64,000 nucleotides of DNA, from the NCBI GenBank assembly GCA_036495685.1, contig DASXMJ010000191.1, forward strand, positions 64,203-128,202. The letters are read 5' to 3'. Of this stretch, positions 54,089 through 64,000 are shown piece by piece. The DNA comes from Candidatus Binataceae bacterium (GTDB taxonomy: Bacteria > Desulfobacterota > Binatia > Binatales > Binataceae). How positions within the stretch are numbered: the stretch's first letter is position 1; every line of letters begins with the position of its first letter. Made by a program: the position numbers and the translations under genes. The notes below the pieces were generated by a model that saw only the letters and a list, made by a program, of their open reading frames with translations, was not told where the DNA came from and made no database searches.

Positions 54089-56296
54089 GTGTCGTTTCAA
54101 ATCAAGGCCTGGCTTTGCTATACGCCATTCGTGAGCAACTCAATACCCGAACAAATCATCGCAGCAGCCGGGAAAGACGGTCGCGCGGCGCTCTCTGAAA
54201 TCGAGTCCAAGCAAATCCTGCAGGCCATCGGCATTGAGGTGGCAATTCCGGAGGTTGCCAGGACCGCAGACGCGGCAGCGACCGCAGCGGCGCGGATGGA
54301 ATTTCCTGTCGCACTGAAAGTCTTGTCGCCGAGCATCAGCCACAAGAGCGACGTTGGTGGCGTCCAGCTCGGCCTCGCTTCGCCCCAGAGTGTGCGCGAC
54401 GCTTTCGCGCTGATTCGTGACAACCTTGCGGCAAGGGCGCCGCAGGCAAGGTTCGAAGGAGTCGCGGTGCAGCCGATGGCGGCGCCAGGTGGCGTCGAGC
54501 TGATCGCGGGAGTGACCCGTGACGACCGGTTCGGACTGATGGTGATGGTGGGACTGGGCGGGGTTCATGTGGAGGTGTTGAAAGACACCACCTTGCGGCT
54601 GGCCCCGCTGAGCGCAGCCGACGCGCGTGCGATGCTCGCGGAGCTACGCGGTGCGGCACTGCTAAGGGGGGTTCGCGGCCGGCCGGCAGCGGACGTGGAC
54701 GCGATCGCCGAGCTTCTGGTGCGGCTGTCGGATTTTGCGGTCGCGCATCCGGAAGTTCAGGAGATGGATCTCAATCCCATCTCTGCGTACCCGCGCGGCG
54801 TTGCGGTTCTCGATGCGCGCGTACTGGTCGGAGCGCCGCACCACAAGCCGCCCGCCGATCCACATCGCGCCGCCCGCCTGGAGAACCTCAGGCGCGCGTT
54901 CAATCCCCGTTCGGTAGTCGTGATCGGTGACAAGCGGATGGGCGGCTTCATGTGGCTGCGTTCGATGTCGCAGCTCAAGACCAAGTTGTATTCCGTGCAA
55001 ATCGATCCCAATGAGATTGCCGGCATCGAGGCAATGGGAATTACCAATTACAAGACCCTCGCGGAAATCAAGGACCCCATCGACTATGCGGTGAGCGCGG
55101 TGCCGCGGCAGGTGGCGGGACGTATCCTGCGCGATTGTGTCGCAAATCATGTCGGTTCGATTGGATTCTTCACCTCGGGGTTCTCGGAAACCGGTGAAGA
55201 GCTGGGCCAGCGACTGGAGGCTGATCTGAGGGAGGTTGCGCTCAATTCCCCGATCGCGCTTGTCGGCCCCAACTGCATGGGGCTCTACAGCTCGGCGGTG
55301 GGGCTCAAGAATTTTCCCGATGAAAAGGTCAGCGACGGCGGAGACGTCTGTTTCATCTCGCAAAGCGGTACCCACACGATAAATTTCTGCATTCAGGCGG
55401 AGGCGCGCGGGATCAGGGTCAATAAGGCAGCCTCCATCGGTAACGTGCTGATCTTGGAGGCCGCCGACTATCTCGACTTGATGGCCGAAGATCCCGCCAC
55501 CCGGGTGATCGGGATGTACGTGGAGGGCGTCCGCGACGGACGGCGGTTCTTTGAGAGCCTTAAGCACGCGGCGGCGAAGCACCCAGTAGTTATATGGAAG
55601 GGCGGAATGACCGAGGCGGGCGCGCGTGCCACTTTTTCGCACACCGGATCGCTCGCCACTGCCGCGGCGGTGTGGCGCTCGATGGTACGGCAGGCCGGCG
55701 CAGTGGAGGCGGCCGGTCTCGACGCGATGCTCGACGCGGTCGAGCTGCTCGCGCGCGGACGAGCAATGAAAGGGCGCGGGATGGGCCTGGTCGCGATGAC
55801 CGGTGGACAATCGGTGGTGATCACTGACACGTTTGCGGGTGCAGGCCTGGAAATTCCCGCCTTGTCGGATGCGTCTTACGATGAGCTCAAAACCTTCTTC
55901 AACGTAATCGGCGGGAGCTACCGAAATCCGCTCGACGCAGGTGGAACAATCGGGTCCGGGATTCATCCCGGAGGCCTCGATCGGATTCTGGCCATCCTCG
56001 ACCGCGATCCGGTTATCGACTCGATTGTGCTCGAGATCGGGACCGGTTTCCGGGCGCAGCGCTGGGCCACGCATGAAGACGAACTTTTGACCTTGCTGGA
56101 CAAACTGCGCGAGTTTGGCAGCTCTTCACAAAAAGCGTTTGCAATAATTTTGCATCCGGCGCACGTCGAGGGGATTGTGGCGCGTGCCAAGGAATTGGCG
56201 CGTCAACGCGGCCTGGTAGTATTCGACAGTTTTGAGCGGGCGGCGAGCGCTTTTGCCACTGCGGCCAGCTACTGGCAGGGCAGGGCGACGAGCTGA
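54089..56296 (+). CDS. ADP-forming acyl-CoA synthetase (acetate--CoA ligase family, NDP-forming), single-chain ATP-grasp + CoA-binding/ligase domains.
   Basis: N-terminal ATP-grasp (ESKQILQAIGIEV...) followed by the CoA-binding Rossmann (SVVVIGDK) and succinyl-CoA-synthetase-like ligase domains, an order typical of ACD-type enzymes. Confidence 0.8.
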   Translation: MSFQIKAWLCYTPFVSNSIPEQIIAAAGKDGRAALSEIESKQILQAIGIEVAIPEVARTADAAATAAARMEFPVALKVLSPSISHKSDVGGVQLGLASPQSVRDAFALIRDNLAARAPQARFEGVAVQPMAAPGGVELIAGVTRDDRFGLMVMVGLGGVHVEVLKDTTLRLAPLSAADARAMLAELRGAALLRGVRGRPAADVDAIAELLVRLSDFAVAHPEVQEMDLNPISAYPRGVAVLDARVLVGAPHHKPPADPHRAARLENLRRAFNPRSVVVIGDKRMGGFMWLRSMSQLKTKLYSVQIDPNEIAGIEAMGITNYKTLAEIKDPIDYAVSAVPRQVAGRILRDCVANHVGSIGFFTSGFSETGEELGQRLEADLREVALNSPIALVGPNCMGLYSSAVGLKNFPDEKVSDGGDVCFISQSGTHTINFCIQAEARGIRVNKAASIGNVLILEAADYLDLMAEDPATRVIGMYVEGVRDGRRFFESLKHAAAKHPVVIWKGGMTEAGARATFSHTGSLATAAAVWRSMVRQAGAVEAAGLDAMLDAVELLARGRAMKGRGMGLVAMTGGQSVVITDTFAGAGLEIPALSDASYDELKTFFNVIGGSYRNPLDAGGTIGSGIHPGGLDRILAILDRDPVIDSIVLEIGTGFRAQRWATHEDELLTLLDKLREFGSSSQKAFAIILHPAHVEGIVARAKELARQRGLVVFDSFERAASAFATAASYWQGRATS

Positions 56297-56402
56297 CGGG
56301 CTAATCAGGGCCCGAACCTGGGGTACGCGCGACCGGGGGTGGACGACGATTCGCGCCGACGACCGTCCCGCAGCCCCGCGACGATCGTGGATATTCGATT
56401 TC

Positions 56403-57782
56403 TCAGCCGGGCGGGGAAATGATCGTGAGCCTGCTGCCCCGCGCGTCGCCGTCGAGGAGCGCGATCCAATGGCCGCGCGGAGACCAGCTTGCCTGCACCA
56501 TGCCTTGGGCCGGACCGTACGCGACCTGAAATGCGCTGTCGGTGCGTTCGGCATAGACGATCAGCTTGCGCATCGCAACTGGAAGCGCGGGTTCGAAGGT
56601 TTGCAGGAGAACCCGATCGGTCGGACCCGTGTGCAACATCACGCTCTCGGCAATCATCGGAGGTACTGTCCGGAACCCCAGCTGTCGCACATCGATTTCG
56701 GGTTTATCCGGGTCAAAGACCGCCAGCTCTGCGATCACCGGTCCCAACGGGTGTTCCGCAATAATCTTCCAGGTCAGTTTCTGATTTCCAAAGGCCAGAA
56801 TCGGACCATTTCCCACGTACGACGCGGCCCCGCTCGAGACCGCGATGAGCCGGTCTTTCCCGGAAGAGATGTCGTGCTCGAATACGCCGCGGCTTTTGCC
56901 GTTGACTGTTTGGACAAAGAGAAACGCATTCTCCCCTTCCGGCTCCCAGCCCAGCACGTTCACCGGAGGTTTTGCCGACAGGGGAACACAGGTCGATCTG
57001 CGGCGATCGACCAGGGTCGGAGGAGCGGTCGAATCGCCCATTCCGACCGCGTAGACGCCGCTCGGGCTCCACTGGAGCGCTGAAATCGCGCACGGCAGCG
57101 TGAGCGGCGCGACCGAACCGGCACCGGTGACTACCAGCAGTTGCAGACCTGCCGAAGGCTTTGGCGGTGGCGTCACCGGTTCGCCGGCATCGGGCGAGGC
57201 GGTAAATGGGGTTGGAGAGGGTTCAGGTTGCGGACGAAGTGCGATTGCGAGCGTGCTGTTGCTAAGCCAGTGCATGCTGACCAGGTCGTAAACCCCGTCG
57301 AAGTAGGTGATGGCATGGCCGGGACCCGAAGCGATGAGATCGCGGAGCACGATGTCGAGGCGCCTCTCTCCGGGGACTGCCACCGCGGTGGCGAAGGTCA
57401 TTCCATCAGGACTCGCGGCGGCGTCGACAATAGTCCCTTGCTCGGCGGCATCTGGTCCGATTTCTGCAGCGAGGATTCGCTGGTTGCGCCAGCCCTGGCC
57501 GCTGAGGCCGATTACCGTCACGTGACCGGCGATGGTCCCGGTAACCGCGATCTCGGTACCGTTTTGCAGCCATTGCGGCGGCCGCCCCTCGATTGGCTCA
57601 AACCCCAGAGGCATCGGCAGGCTAGCGAGCACGTGAACCCCGTTGGTGATCGCGAGAGCTGAAGTGGCAGCGATGGACACGGGGGGCGATGGCGCCGGAG
57701 GTTTCGCAGAGGAGCAAGCAGCGAGAGCAATTGCGGCCGCGAGCGAGATGCCGATGAGGGAAGGCCTGACCATCAAAAGCAT
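56403..57782 (-). CDS. Hypothetical lipoprotein with PD40/TolB-like beta-propeller repeats.
   Basis: Lipobox (ALAACSS). Repeated WSP.G-like blades (WSPRGHWIALL, WSPSGVYAVG). Confidence 0.5.
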   Translation of the reverse strand: MLLMVRPSLIGISLAAAIALAACSSAKPPAPSPPVSIAATSALAITNGVHVLASLPMPLGFEPIEGRPPQWLQNGTEIAVTGTIAGHVTVIGLSGQGWRNQRILAAEIGPDAAEQGTIVDAAASPDGMTFATAVAVPGERRLDIVLRDLIASGPGHAITYFDGVYDLVSMHWLSNSTLAIALRPQPEPSPTPFTASPDAGEPVTPPPKPSAGLQLLVVTGAGSVAPLTLPCAISALQWSPSGVYAVGMGDSTAPPTLVDRRRSTCVPLSAKPPVNVLGWEPEGENAFLFVQTVNGKSRGVFEHDISSGKDRLIAVSSGAASYVGNGPILAFGNQKLTWKIIAEHPLGPVIAELAVFDPDKPEIDVRQLGFRTVPPMIAESVMLHTGPTDRVLLQTFEPALPVAMRKLIVYAERTDSAFQVAYGPAQGMVQASWSPRGHWIALLDGDARGSRLTIISPPG

Positions 57783-57820
57783 CTAGTCTAGATGGCGCGG
57801 TCCGAAAAGGCGACCGTGCT

Positions 57821-59644
57821 ATGGTGTACGGCATGTTCAGCTGGAAAGCGCTGTGGATAAGCCGCGAGGCGCGGGTCGCAGGACTAATCGTGGTGCTTGG
57901 CGTGGTCGGGGAGGTGATGTTTCGTCACCATGAGCCGACGCTCGGTGCGATTCTTCTTCTGGCGGCAGTTGCGGTTGCAGGAGGTTTCTGGACTTTCGTG
58001 GTCAGGCCGGCGCTTATCCCGCGCGACTCGGTCTTGATGTTGCGGCTAGCTGGTTCGATCCCGGAAGACATCCGGCGTTCGCCTTTCGATCAGCTTTTCC
58101 ATCGTCACACCATAGGTCTGCGCCAGCTGCGATACGGCCTCGAGGCGGTAGTGTCGGACAATCGGGTGCGCGCCGTCGTGGTGCAACTTGCAGCGGTCGA
58201 GGCGGGTCTTGCGACCGCACATGAACTGCAGCGCCTGCTCCTCGCGACGGTCGCAGCGGGCAAGCGGGTCACCGCGGTGATGACCGGCGATTCGCCCAGT
58301 CTCATGGAATACCTAATCGCCTCCGGGGCCTCGGAGATCGTGATCAATCCAGACGCGATGCTGGTGCTGCTGGGCGTCACCATCGCGAGTCCATTCCTGC
58401 GTGAGGCGCTCGAACATGTCGGCGTCAGGGTTCAGACGCTGCAGTGGAAGCAATACAAGGGCGCCGCGGAAATGCTAACGCGCGACCACATGTCCCCCGA
58501 GCTGCGCGAAAGTTTGGAAGCGATCATTCAGGACCGCCAGAAGGTGCTGGTCGATGCTCTCAAGGAAGCGCGGCGCCTGGAGCCAGAGCGCGCTCGCGAG
58601 CTGTTGTCAGCCGGCTTTTTGAGCGCCCGTGCGGCACGTGAGGGAGGACTGGTCGACCGCGAGGGCTATCTCCAGGATGTGCGCAAGGAACTGGACCTTA
58701 GCGGTAAAGGTAAACAGGAAATCGGCTTCGGCCGGTATCTGCGGCGGGTCAGCTATCTACATGAACGGGGGGTTCGCCCACGGATCGCTGTAGTTCTGGG
58801 TAACGGTCCGGTAATCGCCGGCGAACCACCACCGCGCAGCGAATTTATTTCGGGTGAAACGACCGCTGATGAGATCAATCGCGCCGCGCGGGACGAACAG
58901 AATCGAGCCATTGTGTTTCGCATCAACTCGCCTGGAGGATCCGCGGTCGGCTCCGACCTGGTGTGGCGGGCTGTGCGCGAAGCGCAGGAACGCGGCAAGC
59001 CGGTTATCGTATCGATGGGCGAGGTGGCGGGCTCGGGTGGTTACTACGTGGCGATGGGCGCCGACTCAATCGTGGCCGAACCTGCCACCATTACCGGCTC
59101 CATCGGCGTGGTCTACATGAAGCTTGACCTGTCGCGAATGTTGTCCAACCTCGGGGTACGATTCGACTACGCAAAAACTGCGCAGAGCGGTGATGCGCTG
59201 TCGCTGTCGCGCGCAATGAGCGAAGCGGAACTTGAACAGCTCAACAGTGCGCTGGGAGAAGTGTACCGAAACTTTACTGCCAAGGTGTCGCAAGGCCGAA
59301 AACTCAGCGCCGAGCAGACCGAGGAGGTGGCCCGCGGGCGAGTGTGGAGCGGGATTGCGGCCAGAGAGCGTGGATTGGTCGACGAACTCGGCGGCTTCAG
59401 CAGAGCGGTGGAACTGGCACGCGAAAAGGCAGGAATTCCGCCGGGGCACGCGCATCAGCTGGTTGTGTATTCCGCGCGTGAGCCGCTGTTCTCAATCCGC
59501 AATCTGCTTTCACCGGCGCGTGTTCCAGCGCGATGGGACGCGGCGCCAGAAGCGCTGGGCCTGCCTTCCGACTGGGCACCGGCGCTCCTCCAGCTGCTGA
59601 CGCGGGGCGGGATACTCCTGCTTAGTCCGTTCCTGCGCGGCTGA
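57821..59644 (+). CDS. sppA: Signal peptide peptidase SppA, 67K type (tandem S49 domains).
   Basis: N-terminal TM. Two ClpP-like S49 halves. Catalytic region GEVAGSGGYYVAMGAD. Convergent with the next gene (stop-stop overlap). Confidence 0.85.
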   Translation: MVYGMFSWKALWISREARVAGLIVVLGVVGEVMFRHHEPTLGAILLLAAVAVAGGFWTFVVRPALIPRDSVLMLRLAGSIPEDIRRSPFDQLFHRHTIGLRQLRYGLEAVVSDNRVRAVVVQLAAVEAGLATAHELQRLLLATVAAGKRVTAVMTGDSPSLMEYLIASGASEIVINPDAMLVLLGVTIASPFLREALEHVGVRVQTLQWKQYKGAAEMLTRDHMSPELRESLEAIIQDRQKVLVDALKEARRLEPERARELLSAGFLSARAAREGGLVDREGYLQDVRKELDLSGKGKQEIGFGRYLRRVSYLHERGVRPRIAVVLGNGPVIAGEPPPRSEFISGETTADEINRAARDEQNRAIVFRINSPGGSAVGSDLVWRAVREAQERGKPVIVSMGEVAGSGGYYVAMGADSIVAEPATITGSIGVVYMKLDLSRMLSNLGVRFDYAKTAQSGDALSLSRAMSEAELEQLNSALGEVYRNFTAKVSQGRKLSAEQTEEVARGRVWSGIAARERGLVDELGGFSRAVELAREKAGIPPGHAHQLVVYSAREPLFSIRNLLSPARVPARWDAAPEALGLPSDWAPALLQLLTRGGILLLSPFLRG

Positions 59645-60598
59645 TTACAGCGGTGAGCGTTGCAGCTCTTCGCGAATGGAATACATCTTCTGGCGCGCCT
59701 CTGTGACGTAGGCATCGAGGTTGCGGCGGTGGTTGGCGAATATGCCATCCGGTGATCCATCGAGCACGATCAACGGTTTCATCATCGCGGCTTTGTGAAG
59801 CGCATCGATGCTGTCGTCGAAGAGTTTGGTGAGGATCGGGTCGTCTTTCAGGGTGCCCTGATACTCGCGCTCCAGCGCCATCATGGAATAGTACATCACG
59901 TGCGCGTAGCCCTGGGCATGATAGAAATAGTGATCGCAATCCCAGGAGCGTACCGGACTGCCGTCGTCCTGGGTAGTGCGATACAGGTTTGCGTGCGCGT
60001 CGCCCAGCAGGTCGGTCCAGACCTGAAAGAGGCGGATGAGCTCGACCGCGCGCAGGTTGAGCTCGCGGGAGGTTGGGGGCGTGGTGTGCAGCCCGGCGAC
60101 GTAGGCGCGCAGGCGCGCGGCACCGTCTGCGTATTTGCCCTCGGGTGACGGGAGTATCCATTTCTCGGCGTCGTTGCGAAAGTCGGTGTCGGCGGTAACC
60201 AGGTTCTGGTCATACTGGTTGGAAGAGACCTTGGTGAGGTGATCCTTGAAAACTCGCATCGTCTCGCGCATCGCCATGATGATTCCTAACTGGCGATCGG
60301 AGTTGTTGTCGGCCATCACTTTGGGACCCCACAGGTACAGATCGTTGGGACGCCATCCGAAGCCGGTATGGAGCTCGTGGTCAATTATCGCCGCGAGGGT
60401 AGTGGCGAATATTTCTCCAGGCACCGTCGGCTTATCGGGTGGAAATTGAGCCGTGAGATCGAGCGGAAGACGGTTGTGGTGAATTTGCCCAAAATGCAGC
60501 GCTAGGTTGCCTCCAATCCAAAGTAACAAGGCAGCAACAATCGCGATGATCAGGTTTCTGCGGGTCAGCATGTTCGCGATATATCTACCCGCGCGCAC
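59645..60598 (-). CDS. Hypothetical N-terminally membrane-anchored protein (possibly DUF2333-like).
   Basis: Single N-terminal TM (LIIAIVAALLLWIGG) then a soluble domain with W/Y-rich conserved blocks. The family assignment comes from memory and is not verified. Confidence 0.45.
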   Translation of the reverse strand: MRAGRYIANMLTRRNLIIAIVAALLLWIGGNLALHFGQIHHNRLPLDLTAQFPPDKPTVPGEIFATTLAAIIDHELHTGFGWRPNDLYLWGPKVMADNNSDRQLGIIMAMRETMRVFKDHLTKVSSNQYDQNLVTADTDFRNDAEKWILPSPEGKYADGAARLRAYVAGLHTTPPTSRELNLRAVELIRLFQVWTDLLGDAHANLYRTTQDDGSPVRSWDCDHYFYHAQGYAHVMYYSMMALEREYQGTLKDDPILTKLFDDSIDALHKAAMMKPLIVLDGSPDGIFANHRRNLDAYVTEARQKMYSIREELQRSPL

Positions 60599-60797
60599 TC
60601 ACCATGCAAACGCAGGAGCTTTGCTGCAGGGTTTGGGCAACCCCTGCCAACTGGTCTCAGCGCTAAGATCGCGTTCGAGCACGCAGGCAGCGGCTCTTCT
60701 CCCGGACCGCTCAAACCCAACAGCCTAATGGAGTGACAAGCTTGGTTGATGATTTTGCGCGCGCAGTCCAAAACGCGCGCCATTTCACAACGTTCTG

Positions 60798-62033
60798 CTA
60801 GAGCTTGCCCAGCATTCTTCCCAGGAGTCCGCCGCCCCTTTTCGCCACGTCGGCAGGCGCTATCAGCGTGACGCTGTCGACCGGCTTGCCGTCCGCAACG
60901 ACCTGGGCGGTGCCGATCTGCTGGCCGGCCTTAACCGGCGCGTTTATCGAAGCCGGCAAATTGTAGGTAATGCTGACGTTTTTCTTGGACTCCCCACGCC
61001 TGGAAAAGATGGCCGCATCCGTCGCAAACACCGGCGCCACACGCGGTACGGCACCGTCAGCAATCGCTACGGTCTGAGATGCGGGCGTACCTTTCTTTAC
61101 GATGCTGGCCATCTCGTAGTCGGTGAAGCCCGCGGACATCAGTTCAGCAGCGACTTTGAAATTCGTAAGTTTGTGCGGCGTTCCGAGCACGACCGCGATC
61201 ATTCTTAGGTTTCCGCGCTTAGCGGTCGCGGCCACATTGAAACCCGCTTTGTCGTAGAAGCCGGTCTTCAAGCCGTCACAGCCGGGGTAAGTGCGGACCA
61301 GGTGATTGGTGTTGCGGAGCTCGAAGGCGCCGCCGCGGAATGGAGCCGTATCAATCGATGACCATCTGACAACCTCAGGATACTTGAGCAGCTCACGAGC
61401 GAGCAGCGCCTGATCATACGCACTGGCGACATCGGCCTGCTCGCCGGGACCCGGAGGCAGCCCGTGAACCGAATAGTAATGGGTATCCTTCATCCCAAGC
61501 GCCCCCGCCTGCCGATTCATCAACTGCACAAATGCAGGCCCCGACCCGGCTACATACTCGGCTATTGCCAAGGAAGCGTCGTTGGCGGAGTGCACGACGA
61601 CTGCCTTCATCATGTCATCAAGCGAGAAGACCTCGCCTTCTTTCAAGTACACTTGCGAGCCGCCCATCTTGGCGGCCTCGCGCGAAGTAGTGATCTGATC
61701 GGTCAACTTTAGGCTGCCGTCGTGGAGCTTTTGCGCAACCACCATCATCAACATCATCTTGGCGAGCGACGCGGTCGGCCATGGCTGATGGTCGTTCTTT
61801 TCGAAAATGAAGGTGACGCTGCTTGGTTCCATCACCGCCGCTTCGACGTAGGCCTCGTCCGAAGCTTGGGGCGCAACGGCTTTTGCGGCGGCCGCATGCC
61901 GATGATGTCGCGCCGCCAGCGCCTGAGACGGGACGCCCACCGTCAGCGAAAGCACCGCGACCGTCAGCAGCAAAACGCCACCCGCAAGACTTAAACGATT
62001 ATCAACTTGATTGGACGACGAGAACCGCCTCAT
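60798..62033 (-). CDS. Serine-type D-Ala-D-Ala carboxypeptidase (PBP5/6, DacC-like, peptidase S11).
   Basis: SxxK (ASLAKMM), SxN (HSANDAS) and KTG (LKTGFYDKAG) motifs. Signal peptide present. Confidence 0.8.
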   Translation of the reverse strand: MRRFSSSNQVDNRLSLAGGVLLLTVAVLSLTVGVPSQALAARHHRHAAAAKAVAPQASDEAYVEAAVMEPSSVTFIFEKNDHQPWPTASLAKMMLMMVVAQKLHDGSLKLTDQITTSREAAKMGGSQVYLKEGEVFSLDDMMKAVVVHSANDASLAIAEYVAGSGPAFVQLMNRQAGALGMKDTHYYSVHGLPPGPGEQADVASAYDQALLARELLKYPEVVRWSSIDTAPFRGGAFELRNTNHLVRTYPGCDGLKTGFYDKAGFNVAATAKRGNLRMIAVVLGTPHKLTNFKVAAELMSAGFTDYEMASIVKKGTPASQTVAIADGAVPRVAPVFATDAAIFSRRGESKKNVSITYNLPASINAPVKAGQQIGTAQVVADGKPVDSVTLIAPADVAKRGGGLLGRMLGKL

Positions 62034-62101
62034 ACCTCCACCTCCCAGCACGGATCCTCTTCAAACAAAATCCGCCTAAAGAGGGTGCTGAGCAAGAGGG
62101 G

Positions 62102-63169
62102 TTAGAAGCGATCTGCACTCCAGAACAACGAATTGTCGCTCGCAAATAGCTCAAACGCGCGAGCGGCGGCACGGTCCGGCGACAACCCGAGCCGTCGGCC
62201 CAGTTTTTCGGCCGAAACAATGCGCCACATGTAGTTATTGTCTTGGTGATAGGTGACCGTCCCTCCTGCGGCTGTCAGGCGGCTTTCGAACGACTTGTCG
62301 TGAGCGGTATGGGTGACAAGCAGCACGCCGGCGGGAGCGCTCGCAGCCGTCCCCTCGGTAAGGAAGGCCGCCCTCCGATGGTCCCCCTGCAAGCGATGCA
62401 AGCATCGCGCTCCGGCGGCAACTTCGCCTAGGTGCTGAAAGAGCGTCACGAGATCGTCTTCCATGCTATCGCTATACCCGTACTCCATCACCATCGTAAC
62501 CCCATAGAATCGCGTTACCCGCACATAGGCAGTGGGGCGCGTCCTACTGCGTGCGATGATGAAATACTCCGTGCACCCATCGCCCGGTTGGTTCCCCGCG
62601 AAGGTAAGGTTGCCCTGCCAGTCGGCCGCATCGCGCACGGCGCTGATGTTGAAACGGCCCGAGTAGTCACGATGAATCGAAGCGATAGCGTCGAGGTCGC
62701 GCGCGGGGTCGAAGACGTCGATGATCTCACATGCGCCGGGAGAGCGTAGTGCGGCCGCGTTCGCGAGCACGCTGAATTTGCGGCCTACCTCACCCCAGCC
62801 GAACTGGTTGTAGAAGGTCAGGCGTTCGGCGAACAGCAGCGAGACTTCGAATTGCTCGCGCTCCAGGGTGTCGACCGCCATGCGCATCAAAGCAGATGCG
62901 ACCCCCTGGTGGCGATAATCCGCACGCGTGAATACCGACCCGATTCCACCCATCGGCGTCGCCCGACCATCCAGCCGCACCGCACGGTCGAAGATCTGAA
63001 CGGCGGCGACCAACGCGTGGCCGTCCCGGGCGATCAAGCACAACTCATCCCTGAATTTCGGATCGTTCTTGTTGTAGCGCGCGAAGAATTCGCGGTCGTT
63101 GTACCACAGCCCCAGAAGGTCGAGCACTTCGTCGCGCTCGCTGTGGCGTGCCGCCCGAAGTTCCATCAC
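62102..63169 (-). CDS. GNAT acetyltransferase with an SCP2-like C-terminal domain (Eis-like architecture).
   Basis: GNAT core (QGVASALMRMAVD, acetyl-CoA-binding R/Q-x-x-G-x-A). Extended C-terminal domain of about 180 aa. Confidence 0.6.
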   Translation of the reverse strand: MMELRAARHSERDEVLDLLGLWYNDREFFARYNKNDPKFRDELCLIARDGHALVAAVQIFDRAVRLDGRATPMGGIGSVFTRADYRHQGVASALMRMAVDTLEREQFEVSLLFAERLTFYNQFGWGEVGRKFSVLANAAALRSPGACEIIDVFDPARDLDAIASIHRDYSGRFNISAVRDAADWQGNLTFAGNQPGDGCTEYFIIARSRTRPTAYVRVTRFYGVTMVMEYGYSDSMEDDLVTLFQHLGEVAAGARCLHRLQGDHRRAAFLTEGTAASAPAGVLLVTHTAHDKSFESRLTAAGGTVTYHQDNNYMWRIVSAEKLGRRLGLSPDRAAARAFELFASDNSLFWSADRF

Positions 63170-63973
63170 TCAGTGGATGTCGTAGTGCAACTGGACCGGG
63201 TGCCCGTCGCGCATCACGGTTATGTCTACCGCTGAGCGGGACTGGATGGTTGACAGGAGCCCCACCGCTTCGGCAGGATTTTCCAGCTGTCGGCCGTCGA
63301 TCGCAGTCAGCTGGTCGCCGTCCTCGAGGCCGAGGTCCTCGAACACCGAGCCGGGTTCGATTTCCTGAAGGGTAAAGCCGCTGCCCTTGCCGTTCTGAAT
63401 GTTGGGGATGGCGTGGATTTGGGTGAAAAGCTCCGCCGAGTGCGACAGCGCGTCCTTGAGTTCGTCGCGCTTTAGGCCGTAGCGATTTTCCCCCTCGTCT
63501 TCGACGTTCACATCGGGGACGTCGTCGCTGTCGTTTGCGGATTTCTTCCCGAAGTTTGCGGTGGGCAGCGGGAACCTCGGATTGATATGAATGAATGGCT
63601 TACGCACGCCGGTTTGTGAAGCCGCACTTCGCACGGTCTCCACGCCCGACGGCATGCTCTCGTTGGGAATGTCCAGGGCGACCTGCTGACCGCCGCTCAA
63701 CACGATAATCCGGCTCTTCTGCACGGAAAGCAATTTGCCCGCGTTGGGAATTTCGTCGCCGACGGTATATAGCGACTGGTCGCCGTTCTGGTCTTCGATG
63801 ATCGCGAACGGACGCTCGCGCGTAGCCAGTGAGGTACCGAGCAGCTTGATGTGAAGATCGACCGAGGTAATGACGGGCGCGGCGGTCTCCTGCGGGACCA
63901 GGTTGAACACATCCCGCTTCGCGATCCGGTCATAGTAATCGCGCGAATGAGTCATGCCGCCGCTGCCGGTCAC
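63170..63973 (-). CDS. PDZ-domain protein resembling type II secretion protein GspC. Probably N-terminally truncated by the window edge.
   Basis: HR-like region (IKLLGTSLATRERPFAIIEDQNGDQSLYTVGDEI...IIVLSGGQQVAL) and C-terminal PDZ (GSGFTLQEIEPGSVFEDLGLEDGDQLTAIDGRQL). No TM in the visible part, so the ORF likely continues past 64000. Confidence 0.5.
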   Translation of the reverse strand: MTGSGGMTHSRDYYDRIAKRDVFNLVPQETAAPVITSVDLHIKLLGTSLATRERPFAIIEDQNGDQSLYTVGDEIPNAGKLLSVQKSRIIVLSGGQQVALDIPNESMPSGVETVRSAASQTGVRKPFIHINPRFPLPTANFGKKSANDSDDVPDVNVEDEGENRYGLKRDELKDALSHSAELFTQIHAIPNIQNGKGSGFTLQEIEPGSVFEDLGLEDGDQLTAIDGRQLENPAEAVGLLSTIQSRSAVDITVMRDGHPVQLHYDIH

Positions 63974-64000
63974 GACCGCGGCGGGAAGGGCAGGGGCGCC

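Noticed and set aside
1-64000. Search for mobile elements, CRISPR arrays, integrases and phage genes.
   Set aside because: No transposase/integrase-like ORFs and no direct-repeat/spacer arrays. No att-like tRNA flanks seen. The window looks like native chromosome with metabolic islands rather than a mobile island.

Overview
High-GC (~63-65%) bacterial chromosomal window, densely coding with many ATGA/TGA-ATG stop-start overlaps and frequent GTG/TTG starts. I found no transposase or integrase, no CRISPR array and no convincing tRNA or rRNA. Taxonomy cannot be assigned from sequence alone; the gene content (rpmE-prfA-prmC-murA-his array, many CaiB paralogs, sigma-54 two-component system) resembles uncultured soil or sediment high-GC lineages.

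Gene content, left to right:
- a sigma-54 two-component pair (sensor histidine kinase + NtrC-family regulator);
- a nadA-NrtR-PCYCGC-DedA string;
- an acyl-CoA dehydrogenase;
- a six-gene minus-strand unit (CrtZ-like hydroxylase, PadR, a MacAB-type ABC efflux system split into one ATPase, two FtsX permeases and an MFP adaptor), read divergently from a carotenoid-cleavage-oxygenase / PadR-like / B12-radical-SAM unit;
- four family-III CoA-transferase (CaiB/BaiF) paralogs scattered among SDR, aminotransferase, alpha/beta-hydrolase, PPOX-like, LLM-oxidoreductase, diiron and crotonase genes;
- HtrA protease, a geranylgeranyl-reductase-like flavoprotein, and an orphan BtuF-like binding protein;
- a ClC channel with CBS/TrkA-C domains;
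- a tightly overlapped FHA(x2, membrane) / zinc-ribbon-TM2 / Ser-Thr kinase(BON) / PHP operon;
- a DHDPS-like aldolase with a PfkB-kinase::SIS fusion;
- secreted and lipoprotein genes;
- the core block rpmE-prfA-prmC-murA-hisD-hisB-hisA;
- an ADP-forming acyl-CoA synthetase, SppA, a DacC-like carboxypeptidase, a GNAT and a GspC-like PDZ protein at the edge.

Two genes (a DUF4037-like nucleotidyltransferase-fold gene and a PPOX-like FMN-binding gene) carry single-base frameshifts. The most interesting candidates are the FHA/kinase/PHP signalling operon and the PadR-controlled apocarotenoid-like cluster (hydroxylase + carotenoid oxygenase + B12-radical-SAM + dedicated efflux pump). All calls rest on reading the translated ORFs by eye; no searches were run.
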